Positions 52,975 through 64,000 of a DNA stretch of 64,000 nucleotides are shown here, piece after piece. Location: positions 58,654,001 through 58,718,000 of the forward strand of contig NW_024704743.1 of NCBI RefSeq assembly GCF_018977255.1, read 5' to 3'. Numbering within the stretch: the first letter of the stretch is position 1; the number at the start of each line of letters is the position of its first letter. The stretch comes from Callorhinchus milii (taxonomy: Eukaryota). Under the pieces are notes generated by a model. That model saw nothing but the letters and a program-made list of their open reading frames with translations. It had not been told where the DNA came from and did not search any database. Position numbers and translations under genes: made by a program.

Positions 52975-53367
52975 GCCTTTCACATCAGGAGGAATTCTCC
53001 AAGTACTTCACAGGATTTTACTGTAAAATGCAGTGATGGTGTAATTTGTAGGCGAACGCAGTAACAAATTTGCACACAGCAATATCTCACAAACAGTAAT
53101 GAAGTGAATGACCAATTTTATTTAGAGCTTTGTTGGCCAGGCACCTGGGAGAAATTCTATTCTCTTTTCAAGTTGTGTCATGAGATCTTTAACGTCTGTC
53201 CTTTCAGGCAGATGGGACTTTGGTTGAATGTTTAATCCAAAAGGTCTTCAAAACTGAGGTGCTGAGGTCTCAGCCTAGACTATGTGAGTTCAGTGACCTA
53301 AATGAAGCTTGAACTGGCAGTGTTTTGACTCATTGGTAAGAGTGCTACCAACTGAGCCAAACTGACA
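52975..53367 (-). mobile_element. Deu-domain SINE
   Basis: Reverse head agtgctaccaactgagccaaactgac and reverse Deu core. Confidence 0.78.
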
Positions 53368-55123
53368 CCTTTGTTGGCTTGAAATATGTGATATGTAATT
53401 TTTCAACCTTCCTGGAAAAAAATTGTGGTGGCTGGATTTACAGTGGAGCTTCTATATCTCACTGAGGTCCATTTCTACATCAGAGATGGCACACTGTCTA
53501 TTTTCAAATCCATTTGCTTATGCAAGAGCTTTATTTGGAGTCTGCAGTCATATTGGAAATCCTCTTACTTTTCCACCCAACACTGGATTATAAACTTGAA
53601 AATTGACATTCCATCATTGTTAACCTTTGGCAGTGCTGGCGGAAATTTTCTGCCCTCGAAAAGCTCATCTAATTGCTAATCTATAATCCTTTTAATATGC
53701 TATGCCTGCTTGATTGATCTATCGCCAGTTGACATAAGATTGCCAGTAGCTGCATTAACTCCTTACGGACCATAGTGGTAACCTGAAACCAAATTTCTTC
53801 AGGCTCTTTTGACAAGACACCACTCAAGCCAAATGTAGTTAATAAAGAGTTTAACAATAGCCACGCCATTCTCATATGGAAGGGCATATTATTTTTAAAT
53901 TGACATACAAGCCACTCAGAGCCTGCTGAGAGAAGGGAGAGAAGTGGGGTATAAGCAGATTGGACAGGTAGGGAGGTGCCTGGGCATGAAGTTATTTGTA
54001 CCTGACTGTGATGATCTTTAAATTGATCGTTCTGTAGTCCATAATAGAACTGATTGTACATCGGGTGGGGAAGGAATAAGCTTGGACTGAATGGTATTTC
54101 CTCATTCTACATTTCTTCAACTTGTTCTTATGATGAAACCACATGAGGTATTTGCCACAGTTTGTGTAATTGAGCCTCGAAGTCTGGCCTCCTTCCTGTA
54201 AAGATGTGTTCTCCCTAGTCAATGAGCAAAGTGAAGTTTTCAATTTAAACGCTCCAGTTACGATTCCAATGTCTGTCAGCAGAATTATTGTCCACCAACC
54301 TGTTTGGGTGTTGGGGATTCACTGATCTTTTTCCTTTAACAAGCAAACCTACAGTATAGCTGTTGAGAGAATGAAAAAATATTCCTTGTTCCTTATCTAA
54401 TCTATGCATCAGTTGAAATGTCCCAGAAGGCATTTTTGCAGATCTTATATGAAATGTTGGATATTGCCACAGGTATAAAAGAAATCCGACACAGCAACGA
54501 TCAATTCTAGTGCATACCCTTTAAACCCTCTAATCAATTGCACTCATGGTGCTTGGCGAAATAAGACCATTAAGCTGAAATAAAAATGCAGACAGCATGG
54601 TAGCAGCATGTTGGCAATCCTGTGTTAGGAAGCAGACTTGGATGCTTGTCAAGAGCAGATGCTTGAGCAGGGTTCTCGTAATTCACTGGATACAACACGT
54701 GACCAACAACAAAGTGAGAAAAAGAGCTAAACAACATCTGGTTTAGCAGTTTTATCCCCCAAGCAAAGGCGTGCGTGTGTTAAGAATGAGCAGAACTTGG
54801 TTACTCATGAAAAAATATTCAGCTGGAAACCAAAAGGTAAAATGCATGGAGGTCACCATTTAACCACCTGGATAACAGCAGTTCAGAATTATCTTTGCCA
54901 GGAAAAATAGTCTCAAGCAGAAAGATTGGCAGAACAGAGATATTTTTGAAGCCTGTCTGATGAACTTGTGCATTGCACACAGCTAGTGGATCTCATGCTG
55001 TTATATTGCACATGATGGCACAGTAATGCCAGCATCTGAGCAGCAGTCAGAGGGGGTCCCAAAACATCCGTTCTCAAACAGAGGCAAGAACACTACTTTT
55101 GGCTTATCAGTTGTCCTTGTGAT

Positions 55124-55487
55124 GTCCTGTAGCTCAGTGGTTAGAGCACTCGCCTCGCAAGGCGAGAGACCTGGATTTGATTCCCGGCAGGACGAAACGT
55201 TGGACAAATTTCCTTACTCCACACCCCTCTGTTCACCGAGCAGTAAGTAGGAACCCGGTTGTTAATTGATTGGCGGACTGTTTTTCCGGGGGTAATAATT
55301 ACTTAAAAAAATAAATTGGTCACTCAATCCACGACTGTTTGTGGGACACTGCTATGCACAATTTGCTGCCGCGATTCGCCCACAAAATATACAGTCAATT
55401 CACTTTACAGTATATTCTGTGAAGCGCTTTGAGACATCTTGAAGACGTAATAAAGCGTTATATCAAATGCAAGAATTATTATGATGA
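55124..55487 (+). mobile_element. Young composite tRNA SINE, long variant
   Basis: Full head, body and tail. Confidence 0.9.
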
Positions 55488-55567
55488 TGCTTGCTTGCTT
55501 GATTGATTGCTTGATTGATTGATTGATTGATTGATTGAATGATCGATTGAATGATCGATCGATCGAT

Positions 55568-55605
<38 letters not shown>
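55488..55605. repeat. Compound tetranucleotide microsatellite (GCTT/GATT/GATC)
   Basis: Read directly; begins at the SINE tail. Confidence 0.95.
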
Positions 55606-55606
<1 letters not shown>

Positions 55607-55665
55607 GAGAGGATGGTGGGACATTCAAGAGAAATAGAGTGACAGGACAAGAATGTTCAGAGGCA

Positions 55666-55802
55666 TAAAAACAGTTCTCAAAGGTCATCGACATAAAATG
55701 TTAACTCACTCTCTTTTCTCCATAGATGCTGCCTGATCTGCTGAGTGTGTGTGTGACTTCTGCTATTATTTCAGAATTCCAGCATCTGCAGGATTTTGCC
55801 TT
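55666..55802 (+). mobile_element. Penelope-like terminal-repeat remnant with a degenerate hammerhead motif
   Basis: 13-bp TSD atgttcagaggca (55653-55665 and 55803-55815); aaaggtcatcgacataaaatgttaactc..agatgctgcctgatctgctgagt..ttccagcatctgcag. Confidence 0.6.
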
Positions 55803-56016
55803 ATGTTCAGAGGCACGTTATTTATTTACAAGTCCACATGCCAGTTCTCCGCTGTTTTGGACTTGACGACAAAGGTACTTGTACAGGCACCATAAGTGAC
55901 AGAAATTTTACCTATATTTACAGGAGAAATTAATTTTACTAAAATGTAGTCCAGTGCAGTTCTAGAGATTGCTAGAGGTGACATCCTTCAGATGAGACGA
56001 TATACTGAAGTCCCAC

Positions 56017-56752
56017 TGTAGGATTCTGTAATTAATGGGTTAATAATATCTTAAATTATATTTGTGATGTTTATATATATATATTTGAAACATATGTTCA
56101 ATCTCATATGAGGGGAATTGGTTGTGACTAGCTTCGAAGAAGATCCTTACTCAAGGAGGAGAAACAAAAGACTGTTTATAAACAACAAACTGTTTTCATT
56201 CCTTGTCAGTCATTTTGTCATGGAAAAATGGTTTGCAGCTGGAGGGAGCTATGTTGCATTTGTTTTTACAAAGGAACCATCTTGCAAAAGACAATAGGTG
56301 AAAGGACACCTAATCAACAGTATAAACAGAGATCGATTAGGAAGAAAGCGAGAAGGAAGAAATTCGAATTTGGAGTCGTGAACCATATTCCAGTTTCCAA
56401 AGAAGGAAGATCAAGACTACGATTTAAACAAACAATAAACGTGCAATAATACCTGGATACTTTTGGGTGATATTGAACTATATAACAATACTTCAGTACC
56501 TTTTGAGGACTTAGATTTGGATTCAAATGGGACAATAAATTGAACATTGCTCCTGTAGCTTTCCCGCAGCATTTGGTTTGGTCAACTTAAATCGTTGTGA
56601 GCTACAGTATACGTGGATACGTAAGCATAATTAGATGTATTCTTTTAATTATTTATAACCATTATTAATCTGAATTAATAAACCTTGATTAATTGTACAA
56701 AATTTATGTCAGCCCTTCACTGCAGGATCATGAAAATAAATTAACCCTTACA
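56017..56752 (+). mobile_element. Solo LTR (736 bp) inserted in a Deu-SINE (about 55945-56850)
   Basis: TGTAGG...CCTTACA termini; CCAC TSD at 56013-56016 and 56753-56756; tataaa at 56321 followed by aataaa; the SINE resumes in register on the far side. Confidence 0.8.
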
Positions 56753-57144
56753 CCACCTATCTTTTTAGAAAGACATTCATATCCCATAGCACTATTCGAG
56801 AAAAGAAAGGAGTTTCTCTTCATATTCTGGCTAACGATCCTCCAGATAAACAAAACATTAAGGGATATGGGGAAAGAGCTGGAAAGTGGGACTAATAAAA
56901 TAAAAGTGATTTAGAGAAACGGGTGACAGTTGCATGGATATGTTGAGTTAAATGGCCTTCTGTGCAGAAAACTTCTGTTTTAATAACTGATCTTTCATTT
57001 CATGGTTGTTTATCAGTTCTTGATGTACATAAAATGGCAGCCTTTATTGTCTATAAATACAGTGGCTGCATTTGATAGCAGTTCCCTGTGCAGTACTTCG
57101 AAATGTTTTGGCATTATAGCGGATATAAAATTTAATAATGATTT

Positions 57145-57456
57145 ATAATATAATAAATCATAATCCTTGCATTTGATATAACGCTTTTCACATCTTCTAG
57201 ATGTCTTAAAGCGCTTCACAGAATCTACTGTAAAGTGAATTGAGTATATTTGTGCGTGAAACGCGGCAGCCAATTGCGCACAGCAGTGTCCCACAAACAG
57301 TCGTGGATTGAAGTGACTAATTTTATTCTTTTTTTGAGGGATTATTATCAGGCATGTGGAGTAAGGAAACTTGCCCAAGGTTTCGCCCAGCCGGGAATTG
57401 AACCCAGGTCTCTCGCTTGCGAGGTGAGTGCTCTAACCACTGAGTTACAGGACTCC
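57145..57456 (-). mobile_element. Young composite tRNA SINE, short variant
   Basis: Reverse head and tail; lacks the ~60-bp internal segment. Confidence 0.9.
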
Positions 57457-57518
57457 TATTATATTTATTATAATATCATGGAATCATGAATGAGACTTGG
57501 AGGTGCAGAGGTGATCCA

Positions 57519-58146
57519 ATTGGTCAGATGTCTGGATGTCTGACAAATAGAAACCCGTCACCACGCTTAAGTACATTCAAACCAAACTGTAAGCTCTGTA
57601 TATGTATGTCACCTACACATGGAAATATCTGTGCCTGGAATGCAACATGCACTTTCTCCCTGGAAGGACAAATTGTGCTTAACTAATTCCAGAGCCATGA
57701 ACAAGACCTTGCAGGTTGTCGAGAGCCAAGGCATGGGGACCCCGTGTGTCAGAAAGTTTTTAAACAGTTAAAACAACATAGCTTGCCATTGAGTCTTGGT
57801 CTTGGTCATCTGGTTCTTGGGCAAGGCAGGACTGCAGTATTCCAGGGCATTACTGATGACAGACAAGCCAGGCTGACTCATCGACAGAACTCTGAGGAGT
57901 AGACCAGTTACTGGGAGCAGGGATTCTTCACATTCAGTGCCTGTTAACTCTACAAGCCCAAACTTTAGTAGGTGGAGTGGTTCTAGCTCAACAAACAGCA
58001 TGAAATTTGCCAGATAGTTTTCTCAGTTCCATTGCAGACAGAGAGAAATTTCCATGTGTAGGTGACTTACATATGTGGAACTCTCAGTCCCATGCTTTTA
58101 AGCATGATGATGAGTTTCTGCATGTGTCAGATACCTGGCTGACTAC
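57519..58146. repeat. Tail-to-tail pair of family X copies (57519-57792 plus, 57793-58146 minus)
   Basis: Part A forward, then part B and the 5' end of part A reversed. Confidence 0.72.
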
Positions 58147-60334
58147 AGAAATAGAATATGTTTATGAATAACAAAATGTTGAATCCAATGTATTTATTCA
58201 TCCTTTGTATCAAAAACTTGCAGTTCTTATTTATTAACCAAGCAATTGTCAGGAGGCTGTTGTATGTTTCTAAAGATGAAATTATAATGCCCTGAGCAAG
58301 AAAAATGAACACAAATAGCTAGACAATTATGTGCAAACAGCATATCAATTGTTACATGAGCAGTTACTGTCATGAACCAGGTTTATTTCCAATATTCTCG
58401 TTTATCCTGGCCACTATCCACAAGTAGAGTTCACTCTCCAGAACTCTTTCCAGTGAGTGTGAGAGTGTGAATAGGCAATGCAGCCAGGGAAAGGAGGGCA
58501 GAGTAAACAATATTACTGTAGAGCTTGACCTTGCCCTCACCAGACATCTACACACAGCACATTCCAAAAGTCACCAGATAAACCTTGGGAGCAGAAATTC
58601 ACACTGACTTTCCCTTTCCTGAGAGCATGTCTTTAATGAACCCGGGTGCTCACTAAAATATTAGTGTCTAGTTATAAGATGTCAGAAGCCTTGCACAGAG
58701 CTCCATTTTATGCATTGAAATGGTGTCCCAATAACACTAATAACTTCACTCACAGGTGCAGTCAATACAACATATGGCTTTCTTTACAAATAGGGACACG
58801 GTATTGATAATTAAATAAATGGTTTGTAATGAAACTGTCACTACGCTAATAACACCATGAATCATTCTTAGTGATGTGGTTCAGGAATGCCGACTGTAAT
58901 GACTCTCATTTTGTTGCTGTTTTTCCTGCCTTTGTATCACTGAAAAGACTAACTGGATTCAACACAGCGGAAACATTGTTCTTTATATCAACTGCCACAA
59001 TGCAGAAAGCAAAATGAGTAGGAAATGCAGTCTGCGAGACTAGCATTTATTTTCAGATTATATCAGGAAAAGAGCTATTGCGGCCTGGCCATACATGCAA
59101 AGGAAAGATGTGGGAGTGTCCACATATCCCCTGGCATATGTTGCAGTTGGCTGACAATAAAAAGGCTGGTCAGACCTCAACTGGCTGCTCACAGTGGAAG
59201 GAGACCTTATGGTAATGGAGTTGAAATGGGAGAACAACATGACTGCAAACTCTTGTGGGGAAAGAAACAAATGACGGATCTGAGCTATTTTTTCCAGGCA
59301 GGAGACAGCCTAAGAAGCTATATTTTCCCTTTAGTCAGAATGGGTGTTTGTTCTGTGATAAACAGTGATTTTGTGTTCTTGGTTGTTATGTATGTGAAAT
59401 GGAATTAATGAGAAATTAGCCAGCTGGATAGGAAATTGCTTGTCTTGACGCTAGAAAACAGTGATGTTAAATGAAAAAGGCTTTGCCCAGTATTTAGCCC
59501 CACAGGGGCCTATTGTGTGTCCCCTGCTGTTCATACTAATCATCAATTTAGCCAAGAAAGTTTTCTGGTAAAGTAAAATAATATGGTGATGTCACGCCAT
59601 ATTATATAGACCAGTGACTAGTGTAGAGTTAAATAGAGTATTATGGAACAAAACAGGCCATTCAGCCCAACTAGTCCATGTTGGTGTTTATGCTCAACAT
59701 GAGCCCTACACCTCCCATTCCTCTTTCCTATACCCCTCTATTCCCTTCTCCCTCATGTATGATTCAAGTTTTCTTTTAAATGCATTGTATTATTTACTTC
59801 AACCACATTCTCAACATGTGGAGACATTCCTCCTAAGCTACCTGTTAGGTCTGCTACTACTATCTTATATCTATGTTCTCTAGTTTTGGTCTCTAGTTTT
59901 GGTCTCACAAGCAGAAAAAAGCCTATCAACATAGGCAAGATAGGAGAGGTTGATAGCCATCCACGAAAGCTGGATTTGAATGAATTTCACATTCCTGACA
60001 CAATTGGAGCCTTTCATGTTTGTATTGTTTCATGGAGGATGAATGTATTTGATACTTTGCTTGTCCCTTGTGCCCTTCATTCCACCATTGGTGGCCGCGC
60101 TTTCAGCCACTGCTCCCCGAAACTCTGTAACATTCTTCCTCAGTCCCTTCACCTTGCTTCTTCCTTCCCCATCTTCCTGTTGCACCTGAAGACCTTCCTT
60201 GTAATGTATTACTTGTGATGGAGAGTTAAGTCATCAACACAAAACCATTAGAAATTACACATTAAATCTCTGTTAGCCAGTGTGATAGAATATCCATTAT
60301 TAGGAATATTGGGAAATGATGTACCAAATAGGTC

Positions 60335-60872
60335 TCTATCTGGTTCAGTTGGTAGCATTCTTTCCTCTGAGTTTGAAGTGTCTATTATCACGGCTTTGAA
60401 TTAATTGAAGTCTAGGCTGTCACTCCAATGCAGTGCTGGGAGTGTGCTGAATTGTCAAAGGTGCCGTTCTTTGGATGAGACAGTAAACTGAGATCCCTTT
60501 TGCCTGTTCAGGTGACGGTAAAGATTCCAAGGCACTCTTCAAAAAGAAAAGGAAGTTTCTCCCGGTGTCCTGGCCAATGATTAATAAAGATAATAATAAT
60601 AATCCTTGCATGTGATATAGAACTTTATTACATCTTTGAGATGTCTGAAAGTGCTCCACACAATATGCTGTAAAGTGAATTGACTGTATATTTTGTGGGT
60701 GATTCCCTAAAACTGATCATTCACTTCATGACTGTTTGTGGGAGATTGCTGTGTGCACATTGCCGCAGTTGCCTACAAATACAGTCACTAAACTTCACAG
60801 TAAATCCTGTGAAGCATTTTGAGATGTCTCAATGATGTGATGAAGCGCTATATCAAATGCAAGGATTATTAA
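60335..60872 (+). mobile_element. Deu-domain SINE with an inverted young-SINE tail inserted (about 60588-60700)
   Basis: Head tggttcagttggtagc, Deu core, reverse tail insert and its own tail at 60800-60872. Confidence 0.8.
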
Positions 60873-61279
60873 ATCCTATTAAATTTAAATATAAATTTAA
60901 AACTAAACCTTGGTCTAACAGATGGTATGATTACATACAGAAGGCAACTTAGCGTAGAGGATTAACAATATACTGAACAACCAATAAGTTGATTTTAGAG
61001 TTAACATAAACTTTGCAATAGGGAAGCACCAGCTGAAGTTTCTTATTAAATTAGAGTTAGAGTCCACAATATTCATTTCACACCTTACGGTATGCATGAA
61101 AATATACAGGTGTTGGTTGCATAATGTAAGTGGGAAAATGGGCTAATTTACTCAGTCCTGTTTTTAATCTATTGTTTCATTACTGTTTGCTGACAGAATG
61201 AAATAAACTATCTGTGCAGAATTGCTGAGCTTGCCCTTGTGAGTGGCCAAATTAACATGTTGCTTTGGAATATTTACAG

Positions 61280-62165
61280 AAAATGGAACTCACAAGGAAT
61301 TGCAAACATGGTTTTGTGAAGGGAAGATTGTGTCTAACTAATTTTGATTCAATTCTTTGAAGAGGTAACTAAAAATCTAGACAAGGGTACATGGTGATTA
61401 TTTGTATTTTAGGAAGTCATTCAATAAGGTGCCGCATAAGAGACTTGTGGCTAAAATGAAAACACGTGGAATAGATGATTAGGGGATAGATGAATAGTTG
61501 GAGGACAGGTGGCATAGAATGATAATTTAAGGAATATATTTCTGATTGGCAGAGAGTAAGCATTCAGTGATGTGCCTCAGAAATCAGTGTTAGGGTCTGT
61601 TGTCCTCTACAGATATCAATGATCTGGATGCAGGAGTTGAGAAAATTATATGCAAACCTGGGATGATATTAAATTAGGAGGTTTGTTAATAGTGACAAAA
61701 TATGTAGGATTCCACAGGCAGGCAGTGACATGTTAATGGAGTGGACAGATTGTAGAAAATTAAATTCAATGTAGAAAATATGAAGTGGTGCATTTGGGAG
61801 AAAGAATAAGGAGTGGACATAATCTGTGGATGGTAGAATTCTCAATGGCCTGTAAGAACAGAGGGATTTGCAGGTACAAATACCAAGTTTGTTAAAAGTG
61901 AGAAGAACGTTAAAAGAGCAAACAGAAGTCTTGGATTTATAGAGAGCAATCAACAGATTGTAAAACTAGGTAAGTAATGATGTATCTTTTAAGACATTGG
62001 TTAAATTGCTGCTGAAAAACTATGTGCCGTGTTGGACACCACATTATAGCAACATTAGATATTCAAGCTAATGGAGAGGATGCAGGGTAGATTCATGATA
62101 TCAGAAATGAAAGGATGTAGCTATGAGGACAGGTTAACAGTCTTTCTGTTGGGGCAAAGAAGGTT
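61280..62165 (+). mobile_element. Heavily decayed CR1 RT fragment
   Basis: HGFVKGRLCLTN, FFEEVT, KVPHKRL and DINDLD in broken frames. Confidence 0.8.
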
Positions 62166-62167
62166 TT

Positions 62168-62470
62168 GGAGTCCTGCAACGCAGTCTTGGGACATCATCC
62201 CGATGTGAAAGGCGCCATACAAATGTAATTTTGTATTGCGTATTCTATTGCAGTGGTTTGCACGCTCACCTCGCAATTGAGGGAACCAAGTTTGGATTCC
62301 CAGGCAGGCTTCCTTACTCCACGTGCCTCTGTTTATCTAGCAGTGAGTAGGAACACAGTTATTAGTTGATGGCAGATCACTTTCCAGGAGTAATAATCCC
62401 TAAAAAAAATTGGTCACTCAATCCACGACTGTTTGTGTGACACTGCTGTGCAAAATTGGCTCCCACGTTT
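62168..62470 (+). mobile_element. Composite SINE with a 64-bp L2 tail inserted in its A box; 3'-truncated
   Basis: gcagt TSD at 62181-62185 and 62250-62254. Confidence 0.8.
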
Positions 62471-63101
62471 TAAAAATTAAATTAAAAATTAATTCAACAA
62501 ACATATGAGATTAGGACGGATGGTTTCTTGCAGGAGAAAAATGTTCACAACACTCAACACTCAAAGGAAAATAGCTTTAACATCTCATCAGATGTGAAAG
62601 ATACAAGAAAATCTTCCTATAATGATTTAATGTACTACAGATCCTTCCATTCAATACTAAAGTATTCAAATCTGAATAACCGTATTGGCAACATTACATG
62701 TAGGGCAGAAACAAAAAAGATGGATTTAATGGAATGCAACTGCCTCTTGTTATTTTGGGGACTTGACTGAGTACTGATTCTCCTCCAAAAGTATCCCAGT
62801 TTATTCCATAAGATGACATTCTTGTCTCTATTTTATATTTGTGCTTTATCTTGTAGGTCACTTGTGAAAAGTTATCCTTTTTGTTACTGAAAGTAGGTCA
62901 TCTCTACACCCTCCAAGTGTCTTGTGAAGTAGATATTGGGCAATTCAGGCTTGTAAAGGAAAATCTTACCACATACAGCAAGAAGTATCGCTTTCTTAAG
63001 TTATCAACAACCAGAACAAGAAACATTATTGAGCCACAATACTGGGCTAATTTCAGAAATGGCCTCAAAGGGAAAAATACATTTGATATCCCAGAAACAG
63101 A

Positions 63102-63533
63102 ATAATAATAATCCTTGCATTTGACAAATCACTATTCATGTTAGGAGGACGTCTCAAACTGCTTCACAGGATTTACTGTAAAGTGTAGTGTTTGTATATT
63201 TGTAGACAAATGCAGCAACTAATTTATACACAGCAATGTCATACAAACAGCTATGAACTGAATCATTCATTTTATCTGGGAGATTGTTGGGCAGGACACC
63301 GGGAGAAATTCCCTTCCCTTTTTGGGTAGTGACACAGAATCTTTATTGTCCACCGGGATACACTGGACTTCAGTTTTAATCTTCCATTGGACGGTCGGCA
63401 CCTCCAACAATACACTGCTTGCTCAGCATGGAATCGGATTGTCAGAAAAGACTATGTGATTTCAAAGGCTCATGTGGATTTGAACCCACAACATTCTAAC
63501 TAAGAGGTGAAAGTTGAGCAATTGACCCAGGCT
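63102..63533 (-). mobile_element. Deu-domain SINE
   Basis: Reverse tail aatccttgcatttga, reverse core and reverse tRNA-like head tttgaacccacaac. Confidence 0.78.
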
Positions 63534-64000
63534 CTGAGATCAGATGGGCCAAGTGGTTTCTTTATCCAAACTTCTTGTGAATTTGTGAACGATAAACATG
63601 GACTCTAAAATTAAATGCGGATTACAAGAGGGCGTAAAACTTTGGTTAAATGAATCTAGACAAAGACTCCAGAGTCCTGCAGATAACTAGATTTACCTCG
63701 ATTCAAACCGATCACCAATAGGTTCACTTGACTTGCCCATACAGTTGCCATGCTATTGTCCACATAGATGCTGATATTGCTTCCCATACAGGTTTCTTGT
63801 ATTTGTATACATTACATTTTGTCATTTCTACAATGCAACCATATCAATCTTCATACTTTTATCTTTGCAGCAAACTTTTAGCCAATGTAAAGCCAATTGC
63901 TTTGGAATTAGCTTCCACATTCAAAGGAAACACTGACATTCAGGAGGAAGGGAAAAACTGGTTTAAAATAAAGCGCTTTCGGTAGTTGAGACATATTGGG

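Noticed and set aside
53681..54433. Cluster of three minus-strand ORFs suggesting a decayed gene
   Set aside because: No recognisable domain, and part resembles an inverted CR1-type 3' tail
62857..63105. Plus-strand acceptor followed by an 82-codon open frame
   Set aside because: Peptide unrecognised, the stop lies in a SINE tail, and there are no supporting neighbouring exons

Overview
This is AT-rich, repeat-dense vertebrate genomic DNA, most likely from a cartilaginous fish and possibly a chimaera. That taxonomic call is my inference from recalled repeat consensus sequences (L2 and CR1 LINEs, tRNA-headed SINEs with L2 tails, Deu-type and LF-SINE-like SINEs); no search was run. I could not confidently identify a host protein-coding gene. 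The window looks like a large intron or an intergenic region, with only a few low-confidence minus-strand exon candidates; the best has textbook splice signals and is a 28-nt microexon at 14985-15012. Nearly all longer ORFs in the track come from decayed LINEs. Main elements: (1) a 5'-intact, 3'-truncated CR1 at about 19257-22830, with ORF1 (zinc finger/leucine zipper plus esterase) and ORF2 (APE endonuclease plus RT), abutted by an LTR-like segment; (2) a clean solo LTR with a 4-bp TSD at 56017-56752; (3) many L2 copies, including an L2 nested in another L2; (4) about 9 copies of a young composite SINE and about 9 older Deu-type SINEs; (5) a Penelope-like remnant with a dead hammerhead motif and a 13-bp TSD; (6) a Tigger-like remnant and foldback MITE remnants; (7) an unclassified, hairpin-containing ~550-bp dispersed repeat present in about 8 pieces, which is the best lead for something undescribed. 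I found no evidence for a novel multi-gene system. Boundaries of old repeats are approximate.
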